DNA from: Thermoleophilaceae bacterium
Lineage (GTDB): Bacteria; Actinomycetota; Thermoleophilia; Solirubrobacterales; Thermoleophilaceae
Reading direction: 5' to 3'
Assembly (NCBI GenBank): GCA_035296645.1
Contig: DATHAN010000340.1
Location: 1-26,467 of the forward strand
DNA: 26,467 bases
In this document: positions 17,227 through 26,000 of the stretch, one piece after another
Layout of the letters: each line of letters opens with the position of its first letter
Numbering within the stretch: position 1 is the stretch's first letter
Program-made: the position numbers and the translations under genes
Notes under the pieces: model-generated
The model's input: the letters and a program-made list of their open reading frames with translations, nothing else
Told to the model about the DNA's origin: nothing
Database searches by the model: none

Positions 17227-18725
17227 GGGCGCTGGCTGGGGCAGCGGGAAAGCTGTTCGGGGTCGGGGTCGGGCCCGGCGATCCGGAGCTGGTCACGGAA
17301 AAGGCGCGGCGGATAATCGAGGCCGCCGACGTGGTCGCCTACCCGGGCGCTAGGCATGGTCGCAGCGTGGCCAGGTCGGTCGCCGCGCCCTACCTGCGGC
17401 CGGAGCAGATCGAGCTGCCCCTGACCTTCCCGGTGACGACGCAGGAGAGCTCGCACCAAGATGGCTATGAGGCCGAGCTCGCCGAGTTCTACGACCGCAG
17501 CGCCGAGGAGCTCGCCGCCCACCTCGACGCCGGGCGCGACGTCGCAATCCTCTGCGTCGGCGATCCCTTCTTCTATGGCTCCTACATCTACTTCCACGAC
17601 CGCCTCGCGGATCGCTACGAAAACGAGGTGATTCCCGGCGTCACCTCGGTGAGCGCCGCGAGCGCAGTCGCGGGGACGCCGGTCGTCCGCCGCGACGAAG
17701 TGCTCACACTCCTCCCGGGCACGCTTCCGCCCGAGCAGCTCGCCGCCCGCCTGCAGACTGCCGAGGCCTCCGCGGTGCTCAAGCTCGGCCGCACCTTCGC
17801 AGGGGTAAGCGAAGCGCTCGAGCGCGCCGGCCTGAGCGAGCGCGCGATCTACGTCGAGCGGGCAACGCTGCCGAGCGAGCGGGTCGAGCCGCTCGCCCAG
17901 GTCGACGGCAGGGTGCCCTACATGTCGCTCATTCTCGTTCCTGCGCAGAAGCCGGAGGAGCGACCGTGCCGCGGCGCGGGCGAGGTCGCGGTCGTCGGAC
18001 TCGGCCCGGCGGGGCCGCACTGGCTCACGCCGGAGGCGCAGGCGACACTCTCGGCCGCGGACGACCTCGTCGGTTACGGGCCCTACCTCGACCGCGTCCG
18101 AGTGCGGTCCGGCCAGCGACGCCACCCGAGCGACAACCGGGCAGAGGCCGAGCGCGCGCGGCAGGCGCTGGCGCTGGCGGAGGAGGGCTCGCGGGTCGCG
18201 GTCGTCTCCTCGGGCGACCCCGGCATCTTCGCGATGGCGAGTGCGGTGCTCGAGGCGCTCGCCGATCGCGGCGCCTCGGGTTGCGAGCCCGAGGTCCGCG
18301 TCGTCCCGGGGCTGTCGGCGATGCAGGCGGCGGCCGCCCGCGTCGGAGCGCCGCTCGGTCACGACTTCTGCGTGATCTCGCTCTCCGACAACCTGAAGCC
18401 GTGGTCGGCGATCGAGCGCCGGCTCGACGCCGCCGGCGCCGGCGACCTTGCGCTCGCGATCTACAACCCCGCCTCGCGCAGCCGCCGCGAGCAGCTCGAG
18501 CGGGTGCGCGAGGTGATGCTCCGCCACCGCGCGCCCGGGACCCCGGTGATCGTTGCCCGCGAAGTAGGCGGGCCCGAGGAGGAGATCGCGGTCACCTCGC
18601 TCACCGAGCTCGACACGAGCCGGGTCGACATGCGCACGCTCCTGATCGTCGGCTCCTCGACCACCCGAGTAATCCCCAATGGCGCCGTCCCGCACGTCTT
18701 CACGCCGCGGCGCTATCCCGCTTGA
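17223..18725 (+). CDS. cobIJ: Bifunctional precorrin-2 C20-methyltransferase / precorrin-3B C17-methyltransferase CobIJ
   Basis: Two methyltransferase domains: GVGVGPGDPELVT...GDPFFYGSY, and VVGLGPAG...SSGDPGIFAMA...GHDFCVISLSDNLKPW...YNP...DMRT...TPRRYP; 500 aa. Confidence 0.95.
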   Translation: MRALAGAAGKLFGVGVGPGDPELVTEKARRIIEAADVVAYPGARHGRSVARSVAAPYLRPEQIELPLTFPVTTQESSHQDGYEAELAEFYDRSAEELAAHLDAGRDVAILCVGDPFFYGSYIYFHDRLADRYENEVIPGVTSVSAASAVAGTPVVRRDEVLTLLPGTLPPEQLAARLQTAEASAVLKLGRTFAGVSEALERAGLSERAIYVERATLPSERVEPLAQVDGRVPYMSLILVPAQKPEERPCRGAGEVAVVGLGPAGPHWLTPEAQATLSAADDLVGYGPYLDRVRVRSGQRRHPSDNRAEAERARQALALAEEGSRVAVVSSGDPGIFAMASAVLEALADRGASGCEPEVRVVPGLSAMQAAAARVGAPLGHDFCVISLSDNLKPWSAIERRLDAAGAGDLALAIYNPASRSRREQLERVREVMLRHRAPGTPVIVAREVGGPEEEIAVTSLTELDTSRVDMRTLLIVGSSTTRVIPNGAVPHVFTPRRYPA

Positions 18726-18734
18726 GCCCCGCGC

Positions 18735-21700
18735 GTGCTTCGTATCATCACCACCGCCGACACGGAGATCATGGCGACCGCGGTCGCGGTCGCGCTGCTC
18801 CCGCCGGAGTTCCCCGAAGTCCGCTGCGCCAACCCTGGCGGGATCGAGCATGCCGACGCGTTCGTCGACGAAATTCTCGCCGGCGCCCGCGTCGTGCTCT
18901 GCCGGATCCTCGGCGGCCGCCGCGGCTGGCCCGAGGGTTTCGAGCTCCTGCGGGCCCGCTGCCGCGAGCGCGACGTTGCCTTGGTCGCCCTCGGCGGCGA
19001 GGCCGAGCCCGACGCGGAGATGATGGAGCTCTCGCTCGCGCCCGCGGGCGCCGTCGCGCAGGCGGGCGAGTACCTCCGCTACGGCGATACCGCCAACATC
19101 GAGCAGCTCCTGCGCTTCCTCGCCGACACCTTCCTCTTCGAGGGCTTCGGCTTCGAGCCGCCGCGCCCGGTCGCCGACCTCGGCGTCTACCTGCCCGGCG
19201 AGGGCGACGTGCCGCTCGAGCGCGCGCTCGAGCGCCACGACCCGGAGCGCCCGACGATCGCTATTGCCTTCTATCGCTCCCACCGCCTCAGCGGCAACAC
19301 CGAGTTCGTCGACGCGCTCTGCGAGGCGATCGCCGAGGCCGGCGGCAACCCGCTCTGCGTCTGGAGCTACAGCTTGCGCCGCGACGCCGACGGTCGCGTG
19401 CCCGCGCTGGAGCTGATCGCCGACCACGCCGACGCGCTAATTACGACGATGCTCGCCACCGGCGGTTCGGGCGCCGCCGACGCGGCCGCCCCGGGAGGGG
19501 TCGGTGGCGAATGGCAGCAGTGGGACGCCGACGCGCTAGCAGCGCTCGATGTCCCCGTGCTGCAGGCCGTCTGCGCGACGAGCTCGCGCGCCGCCTGGGA
19601 GCACTCGCACGAGGGCCTCGCCCCGCTCGACGCCGCGACCCAGGTTGCAATCCCCGAGTTCGACGGGCGCGTGCTCGCCGGCGTTATCTCGTTCAAGGAG
19701 CGCGAGGCCGAGGGCTCGCCCGTCGGCACCGCCGTCCCCCGCTACGTGCCCGATCGCGAGCGCTGCCGTCGCGTGGCCCGGCTCGTGGTTCGCAGCGCCC
19801 GCTTGCGTCGGCGACCGGCGGCGGAGCGCCGGGTCGCGCTGGTGTTGACGAGCTTCCCCAGCCGCCACGCCCGCGTCGGGATGGCGGTCGGTCTCGACAC
19901 GCCCGCGAGCGCGATCGGCCTCCTGCGCGCGCTCGCCGACGACGGATACGCGGTCGACTCGCCGTTCGAGCACGGCGACGAGCTGATGGCGGCGCTGATC
20001 GCGGCCGGCGGGCACGATCCCGACCTACTTACCGACGAGCAGCTCGCCGACGCTCCCCTACGGCTCGATGTGGCGCAGTACCTAGCTTGGTACGCAGAGC
20101 TGCCCGCCGAGTTGCGTGCCGCGATCGAGGAGCGCTGGGGCCCGCCGCCCGGCGATCAGTATGTCGATGGCGACGAGTTTGTCGTCGCTGGTCTCGAGCT
20201 TGGCAACGTCGTCTGCGCGATCCAGCCGCCGCGCGGCTACGGCGAGGATGCGGCCGCGATCTACCACGACCCGGAGCTGGCGCCGACCCACCACTACCTC
20301 GCCTGCTACTGGTGGCTCGACCGGGTCTGGGGCGCGGACGCGATCGTCCACCTCGGCAAGCACGGGACGCTCGAATGGCTGCCCGGCAAGACCCTGGCGC
20401 TGTCGGCCGCGTGTGCCCCCGACGCGGTCCTCGGCGACGTGCCCCTCGTCTACCCGTTCGTCGTAAACGACCCGGGCGAGGGCGTGCAGGCGAAGCGCCG
20501 CGCCCACGCGGTCATCGTCGACCACCTGGTGCCGCCGATGATGCGGGCCGAGACCTACGACGAGCTCGCCGAGCTCGAGGACATGCTCGACGAGTACGCG
20601 CGCCTCGAGGTGCTTGACCCGGGCAAGCTGCCGGGCCTCGCGGCGCGGATCTGGAGCGCGATCGAGCACGCCAACTTGCAGTCAGACCTCGGGATCGAGT
20701 CGCGACCCGACGATCTCGCCGCCCTCGTCGAGCACATCGACGGCTATCTCTGCGAGATCAAAGACATCCAGGTGAAGGACGGCCTTCACACGCTCGGCCT
20801 CACGCCGGAAGGCGAGCAGCTGCGCGGCCTAGTCGCCGCGATCATGCGGATCGGGCCGGGTGGGGTGAGCGGGCTGCGCCACGCGGTCGCTGCCGCCTTC
20901 GGCCTCGACGAGCCGACGCTCACCGCGGCGCCCACAGCCGCCGTGAGCGAGCCGCCGCCGGCGCTGCTCGAGCGCTTCCCGGGGCCGGCGGCGAAGGCGG
21001 GCGACCTCGTCGATCGGCTCGAGTCGGCGCAGGCGGCGCTGCTCGACGCGCTTGCCGCGCGCCAGTGGAGCGCCGGGGCCGTCGGCGAGGTCTGCGCCGA
21101 GGTCCTGGGCCGTCGCGACGAGGAGGCCGAGCGCTCGCTTCGCTTCGCCGCCGCGGAGGTCGTGCCCCGGGTGCGGCGGACGAACGAGGAGATCGACCAT
21201 GTCCTCGCCGCGCTCCGCGGCCGCTTCGTCCCCTCGGGCCCCTCGGGCAGCCCAACCCGCGGGCGGATCGACGTGCTCCCGACGGGGCGCAACTTCTTCG
21301 CCATCGACCCGCGCTCGCTTCCCTCCGAGCTCGCCTACGAGACCGGCCGCAAGCTCGCCGACGCGCTGCTCGCGCGGCACCTGGAGGAAGCAGGCGCCTA
21401 CCCGCGCATGGTCGGCCTCGTCGCCTGGGGTACCTCGGCGATCCGCACGCAGGGAGACGACGTCGCCGAGGTTCTCGCCCTGCTCGGCGTGCGGCCACGC
21501 TGGAACCGCGAGTCGCGGCGGGTGACCGGGGTCGAGGTGGTGCCGCTGGAGGAGCTCGGGCGGCCGCGGATCGACGTCACCGTGCGTATCTCCGGCTTCT
21601 TCCGCGACGCCTTTCCGGGTCTCGTCCGCCTCATCGACGGCGCCTTCACCACCGTCGCCAGTCTCGACGAGCCGCCGGAGATGAACTTCGTTGCCGCCCA

Positions 21701-22493
21701 CGCCCGCGAAGACGCCGAGCGGCTCGCGGCTGAGCTCGGCGCGGAGGTGGCCTGGCGGCGGGCGACGACGCGCGTCTTCGGTTCCGCCCCGGGAACCTAC
21801 GGCGCCGGCCTGCTCCACTTGGTCGAGGTGCGCGACTGGCGCACGGACGGCGACATCGCCGAGGTCTACGAGACCTGGGCCGGGCATGCCTACGGGCGCG
21901 ATCTCGACGGCGCCGAGGCGCGCGAGGCGATGCGCGACTGCTTCGGACGGATCGAGGTCGCGGTCAAGAACGTCGACTCGCACGAGCACGACATCCTCGA
22001 CTCCGACGACTACTTCCAGTACCACGGCGGGATGGTGGCGACGGTGCGGGCGTTGAGCGGGAGCGAGCCGCGCGCCTACGTCGGCGACAGCTCGGACCCC
22101 TCCCGTATCGCCACCCGAGGGCTCGCGGAAGAGGCTCGCCGCGTCTTCCGCGCCCGCGTCGCCAACCCGCGCTGGATCGCCTCGATGATCCGCCACGGCT
22201 ACAAGGGCGCGGCCGAGCTCTCGGCGACGGTCGACTACCTCTTCGGCTGGGACGCGACTGCGGGGGTCGGGGAGGATTGGATGTACGAGCAGGTAACTCA
22301 CCGCTACCTGCTCGACGACGACGTCGCCGCGTTCATGTCGCGCTCGAACCCGTGGGCCGCGCGGGCGATCGCAGAGCGCCTGCTCGAGGCGGCGGACCGT
22401 GGCCTCTGGGCCGAGCCCGACCCGGAGACGCTCGCCGGGATCCGCGGCCGCTACCTCGAGCTCGAAGGCGAGCTGGAGGAGGCGAGCGCGTGA
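18735..22493 (+). CDS. cobN: Cobaltochelatase subunit CobN
   Basis: 1252 aa. QVAIPEFDG, HLGKHGTLEWLPGK, YPFVVNDPGEG, LPTGRNF, RISGFFRDAF, RVANPRWI, HGYKGA. Confidence 0.97.
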   Translation: MLRIITTADTEIMATAVAVALLPPEFPEVRCANPGGIEHADAFVDEILAGARVVLCRILGGRRGWPEGFELLRARCRERDVALVALGGEAEPDAEMMELSLAPAGAVAQAGEYLRYGDTANIEQLLRFLADTFLFEGFGFEPPRPVADLGVYLPGEGDVPLERALERHDPERPTIAIAFYRSHRLSGNTEFVDALCEAIAEAGGNPLCVWSYSLRRDADGRVPALELIADHADALITTMLATGGSGAADAAAPGGVGGEWQQWDADALAALDVPVLQAVCATSSRAAWEHSHEGLAPLDAATQVAIPEFDGRVLAGVISFKEREAEGSPVGTAVPRYVPDRERCRRVARLVVRSARLRRRPAAERRVALVLTSFPSRHARVGMAVGLDTPASAIGLLRALADDGYAVDSPFEHGDELMAALIAAGGHDPDLLTDEQLADAPLRLDVAQYLAWYAELPAELRAAIEERWGPPPGDQYVDGDEFVVAGLELGNVVCAIQPPRGYGEDAAAIYHDPELAPTHHYLACYWWLDRVWGADAIVHLGKHGTLEWLPGKTLALSAACAPDAVLGDVPLVYPFVVNDPGEGVQAKRRAHAVIVDHLVPPMMRAETYDELAELEDMLDEYARLEVLDPGKLPGLAARIWSAIEHANLQSDLGIESRPDDLAALVEHIDGYLCEIKDIQVKDGLHTLGLTPEGEQLRGLVAAIMRIGPGGVSGLRHAVAAAFGLDEPTLTAAPTAAVSEPPPALLERFPGPAAKAGDLVDRLESAQAALLDALAARQWSAGAVGEVCAEVLGRRDEEAERSLRFAAAEVVPRVRRTNEEIDHVLAALRGRFVPSGPSGSPTRGRIDVLPTGRNFFAIDPRSLPSELAYETGRKLADALLARHLEEAGAYPRMVGLVAWGTSAIRTQGDDVAEVLALLGVRPRWNRESRRVTGVEVVPLEELGRPRIDVTVRISGFFRDAFPGLVRLIDGAFTTVASLDEPPEMNFVAAHAREDAERLAAELGAEVAWRRATTRVFGSAPGTYGAGLLHLVEVRDWRTDGDIAEVYETWAGHAYGRDLDGAEAREAMRDCFGRIEVAVKNVDSHEHDILDSDDYFQYHGGMVATVRALSGSEPRAYVGDSSDPSRIATRGLAEEARRVFRARVANPRWIASMIRHGYKGAAELSATVDYLFGWDATAGVGEDWMYEQVTHRYLLDDDVAAFMSRSNPWAARAIAERLLEAADRGLWAEPDPETLAGIRGRYLELEGELEEASA

Positions 22494-23719
22494 TCGTCGT
22501 GGTCGGCATCGGCAGCGACGGGTGGGCAGGGCTGAGCGAGCCGGGCCGCGAGGCGATCCGAGCGGCCGAGCTTGTTGTGGGCTCCGAACGCCAGCTTGCG
22601 TCGATCCCAGAGACGGGCGCCGAGCGGCGGCGGTGGCCCTCGCCGCTCGCCCCGATGCTCGACGACCTCGAGGCGATCAACGGGCGCGACGTCTGCGTGC
22701 TCGCCAGCGGCGACCCGATGCTGCATGGGATTGGCGCGACGCTCGCTCGGCGGCTCGGCCCCGGGGGCGTAGCGGTCGTCCCTCATCCCTCGGCCTTCGC
22801 GCTCGCCTGCTCGCGGCTGGGCTGGCCCGAGGCTGAGACCGAGATGGTCAGCACCGTCGCGCGGCCCGTGGAGGTGCTCGCCCCGGCCCTCCAGCCGGGG
22901 CGGCGGGTCGTCGTCTACGTCGGCGGACCGCGGGGCGCCGCCGAGGTCGCGCGCGTCGCAGGCGAGCGCGGCTACGGCCCCTCACGGCTGGTCGTGCTCG
23001 AGGAGCTCGGCGGCGAGCGCGAGCGGATAGTCGAGTCGACGCCTGCCGACTGGGGCGAGCAACGCGAGGCAGCGGCGCTTAACTGCGTCGCACTCGAGTG
23101 CCGCGCCGAGCCGGGCGCGCCGCTGTGGCCCCGAACACCCGGCCTTCCAGACGAGGCCTTCGAGTCCGACGGCCAACTGACCAAGCGCGAGGTGCGCGCT
23201 AGCACCCTCGCCGCGCTCGCTCCCGTCCCGGGGCAGCTCCTCTGGGACGTCGGCGCCGGCAGTGGCTCGATCGCGATCGAGTGGATGCGTGTCGAGCCCA
23301 CCTGCCGGGCGATCGCGGTCGAGGCGCGGCCCGACCGGGTCGAGCGCATCCGCCGCAACGCGCGCCGCCTCGGCGTCCCTGGGCTAGAGCTGGTCGAGGG
23401 GCAGGCGCCCGCCGCGCTCGCCGGGCTCGAGGCCCCGGACGCGATCTTCCTCGGCGGCGGCCTGACCGAGCCCCAGCTCCTCGACCGCTGCCTCAAGGCG
23501 CTTCACTCCGGTGGGCGGATCGTCGCCAACGCGGTCACGTTCGAGGGCGAGCGCCTCCTCCAGCTCGCCCACGGCGAGCACGGCGGCCGGCTCGTCCGGC
23601 TCGAAATCGCCGAGGCGGAGCCCCTCGGCGGCCTCAGCGGGTGGCGACCCCGACGGCCGCTTGTGCAGTGGTCGGCGACGCCGGGGCCGGACGCGCCCAC
23701 GGAGGCGCGCCCGCGGTGA
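22490..23719 (+). CDS. cobL: Precorrin-6Y C5,15-methyltransferase (decarboxylating) CobL (CbiET)
   Basis: VVGIGSDG, VLASGDPMLHGIG, PGLPDEAFESDGQLTKREVR, LWDVGAGSGSIAIEW, IFLGGG, NAVT. Confidence 0.96.
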   Translation: MIVVVGIGSDGWAGLSEPGREAIRAAELVVGSERQLASIPETGAERRRWPSPLAPMLDDLEAINGRDVCVLASGDPMLHGIGATLARRLGPGGVAVVPHPSAFALACSRLGWPEAETEMVSTVARPVEVLAPALQPGRRVVVYVGGPRGAAEVARVAGERGYGPSRLVVLEELGGERERIVESTPADWGEQREAAALNCVALECRAEPGAPLWPRTPGLPDEAFESDGQLTKREVRASTLAALAPVPGQLLWDVGAGSGSIAIEWMRVEPTCRAIAVEARPDRVERIRRNARRLGVPGLELVEGQAPAALAGLEAPDAIFLGGGLTEPQLLDRCLKALHSGGRIVANAVTFEGERLLQLAHGEHGGRLVRLEIAEAEPLGGLSGWRPRRPLVQWSATPGPDAPTEARPR

Positions 23720-24480
23720 GAAAGCTGCTGGTGATCGGGATCGGCGCCGGCGACCCCGAGCAAATCACGGTCGAGGCAATTCGGGCACTGAACCGGGTCG
23801 ACGTCTTCTTCGTCGTCGACAAGGGTGCCGAGAAGGAGGACCTCGTCCGCCTTCGCCGCGAGATCTGCGACCGCTACATCGAGCGGGCCGACTACCGGAT
23901 CGTCGCCATCCCCGAGGCGGAGCGCGACCGCGCCCCGGCCGACTACCTCACCGAGGTCGAGGAGTGGCGGAACCGGCGCGCCGAGCTCTGGGAGGATGCG
24001 ATCCGCGACGAGCTCGCCGACGGCGGCTGCGGCGGCTTCCTCGTCTGGGGTGACCCGTCGCTCTACGACGGCACCCTCGACGTGCTCGAGCGGATCCGCT
24101 CCAGCGGCCGGGTCGAGCTCTACTACGAGGTTGTCCCAGGGATCTCGAGCGTGCAGGCGCTCGCGGCTAAGCACCGGATTGCGCTCAGCCGGCCCGCCGG
24201 CGCGGTCGAGATCACGACCGGGAGGCGACTCGCCGAGAACCGGCACGAGGATGCGGAGGACGTGGTCGTCATGCTCGACGGCGGGTGCGCGTTCAGGCGG
24301 GTCGCCGCGGACGGGGTCGAGATCTACTGGGGCGCCAACCTCGGCACCGACAACGAGCGCCTGCTCGCCGGCGAGCTGAGCGAGGTCGCGGACGAGATCG
24401 AGCGCGCCCGCGCCGAGGCGCGCGTCGGCAGCGGCTGGGTCATGGACACCTACCTGCTCCGGCGCAACCGCCCCGGATGA
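23716..24480 (+). CDS. cobF: Precorrin-6A synthase (deacetylating) CobF
   Basis: LLVIGIGAGDPEQIT..A..ALNRVDVFF..DKG, FLVWGDPSLYD, PGISS, VVMLD, IYWGANLG, WVMDTYLLRR. Confidence 0.95.
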   Translation: MRKLLVIGIGAGDPEQITVEAIRALNRVDVFFVVDKGAEKEDLVRLRREICDRYIERADYRIVAIPEAERDRAPADYLTEVEEWRNRRAELWEDAIRDELADGGCGGFLVWGDPSLYDGTLDVLERIRSSGRVELYYEVVPGISSVQALAAKHRIALSRPAGAVEITTGRRLAENRHEDAEDVVVMLDGGCAFRRVAADGVEIYWGANLGTDNERLLAGELSEVADEIERARAEARVGSGWVMDTYLLRRNRPG

Positions 24481-25364
24481 GCGCCGCAACGCGGGTGCTC
24501 GTGCTCGGCGGGACCGCCGAAGCGCGCCGGCTCGCCGCCGATCTCGTTGGCGAGGGCGTTGCGGTCACCTCCTCGCTCGCCGGCCGCGTCTCGAATCCGC
24601 GGCTGCCGGCAGGCGAGACGCATATCGGCGGCTTTGGGGGGCCCGAGGGGCTCGCCGCGTGGATCCGCGAGCACGGGGTAGCCGCCGTCGTCGACGCGAC
24701 CCATCCGTTCGCCGCGCGCATCTCCGCCACCGCGCGCACCGCGTGCGAGCGCACCGGCGTGCCTCTGCTGCGACTGGAGCGGCCCGGGTGGAGCGAGCGC
24801 CCGGAGGACAGGTGGGAGTGGGTCGACGATCTCGGCGAAGCGGCAGCCGCCGTATCGAGGCTCGGGTCGCGGGTCTTCCTCACGATCGGCCGGCAGGGCC
24901 TCGGTGCCTTCGCCGGCGTCGAAAAAGCGTGGTTTCTGATTCGCTGCGTAGATCCGCCGGAGGCGCCGCTGCCACCCAGGCACCACGTCCTACTTGACCG
25001 TGGGCCCTACACGATCGAGGGCGAGCTCGCGCTCATTGACGAGCACGGCATCGACCTCGTGGTGACGAAGGACAGCGGAGGCGCGCACACTCGCGCCAAG
25101 CTCGATGCCGCGCGCGCGCGTGGCGTCCCGGTGATCGTCGTTCGCCGGCCACGCCGCGCGGAAGCTGCGACTGCGCACTTACCGAGTGATGTGCTGGGCT
25201 GGCTCCGCGCCGTGCGGGCGGCTGGTTCGCATGCGGGAATGCTTGCCCCCAGCGACACGCGCTTCGGTGAGGACGACGAGCTTCTAAGCGGGAACCGTCG
25301 CGCTTTCTCGCCCCCGGTCAAGCTGCCAGGCGTGAGCTGCGGTCTGGAGGCGCGCTTAAGATGA
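24477..25364 (+). CDS. cobK: Precorrin-6A reductase CobK with an atypical C-terminal extension
   Basis: VLVLGGTAEAR, SSLAGRV, GGFGGPEGL, VDATHPFA, RLERPGW, TIGRQ, VTKDSGG, KLDAAR. The recognisable fold ends near WLR (W242); about 50 further residues follow. Confidence 0.94.
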   Translation: MSAATRVLVLGGTAEARRLAADLVGEGVAVTSSLAGRVSNPRLPAGETHIGGFGGPEGLAAWIREHGVAAVVDATHPFAARISATARTACERTGVPLLRLERPGWSERPEDRWEWVDDLGEAAAAVSRLGSRVFLTIGRQGLGAFAGVEKAWFLIRCVDPPEAPLPPRHHVLLDRGPYTIEGELALIDEHGIDLVVTKDSGGAHTRAKLDAARARGVPVIVVRRPRRAEAATAHLPSDVLGWLRAVRAAGSHAGMLAPSDTRFGEDDELLSGNRRAFSPPVKLPGVSCGLEARLR

Positions 25365-25437
25365 CCTCATCCGCTTCCGCAGCGAGGCGTGCCAACCCCG
25401 CCTTTCATCGTCTGGTCAAATCGAACACCCTCGGGAG

Positions 25438-25728
25438 ATGCGAGCAATCAGCCTCGGCGAACTAGGGCGAAACACAAGTCGCGTGGTAGCGGAAGTAGAG
25501 CGGACGAACAGGCCGACTCTGGTGACTCGGGAAGGGACCCTTGTCGCAGCGATCGTCCCAATTCGCGAGGGCGACCTCGACGAGCCCGTTCTTGGCAAGC
25601 TTTCCAACCTTCGCGAAGCTGAACCGGGCCCGAACCCATCGAGCGGCCCGAGCCGCCGGGGCGACGTCGAGCGAGACTACGAGGGTCAAGAGCCGCAGGA
25701 ACAGGCCTTTCCCGAGCCCGGGGACTAG
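25438..25728 (+). CDS. Phd/YefM family type II antitoxin
   Basis: MRAISLGELGRNTSRVVAEVERTNRPTLVTREGTLVAAIVPI matches the Phd/YefM N-terminal DNA-binding pattern. Acidic, low-complexity C-terminus. GGGAG directly upstream of the ATG. Confidence 0.78.
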   Translation: MRAISLGELGRNTSRVVAEVERTNRPTLVTREGTLVAAIVPIREGDLDEPVLGKLSNLREAEPGPNPSSGPSRRGDVERDYEGQEPQEQAFPEPGD

Positions 25729-25750
25729 CGCACTAGGTGCGCGGCATTGG

Positions 25751-25960
25751 GTGCCAGCTGACGAGCTTCCCGAGCGATGTCGAGGTCAGGTGTTGCGCCG
25801 AGCGACGCTGTGGGTTTGTCCCAAAGGGTCCGCCGAGGAGCCCCGGTGGGGAGGCTACGTAACAGGTGTGCGAACTCTCTCAGCGGTTCGGTCGAGTTCG
25901 GTCGAGCTGGAGATTCGGCTCAAGGGCGCCTTTGAGCCTCTACCCGCAGACCGGACCTAG
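25751..25960 (+). CDS. Possible small hypothetical protein (69 aa) or gene remnant
   Basis: 3' part of ORF 25541..25960 from GTG 25751: VPADELPERCRGQVLRRATLWVCPKGSAEEPRWGGYVTGVRTLSAVRSSSVELEIRLKGAFEPLPADRT. Looks protein-like, but I recognise no family. Confidence 0.3.
   Translation: MPADELPERCRGQVLRRATLWVCPKGSAEEPRWGGYVTGVRTLSAVRSSSVELEIRLKGAFEPLPADRT
25887..25906 (+). repeat. Perfect 10-bp tandem direct repeat (TTCGGTCGAG x2)
   Basis: Read directly: TTCGGTCGAG TTCGGTCGAG. Confidence 0.85.
25917..25938. repeat. 22-bp imperfect palindrome (possible hairpin, operator or terminator)
   Basis: GGCTCAAGGGCGCCTTTGAGCC: 9-bp stem with one G-T pair, no U-tract. Confidence 0.55.
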
Positions 25961-25980
25961 GACCGCCCAGTGCGGCCGAA

Positions 25981-26000
25981 GTTGCCACCTTGTTGCCACC
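25981..26000 (+). repeat. GTTGCCACC direct repeat with 11-bp period
   Basis: Read directly: GTTGCCACC-TT-GTTGCCACC. Confidence 0.8.

Noticed and set aside
11420-22301. Long antisense and alternate-frame ORFs (e.g. 11420..13429, 16632..19427, 17966..20617, 20829..22301)
   Set aside because: They are shadow frames of very GC-rich genes: Arg/Ala/Pro/Gly-rich or mirror translations with no motifs, fully overlapping well-supported cob genes.
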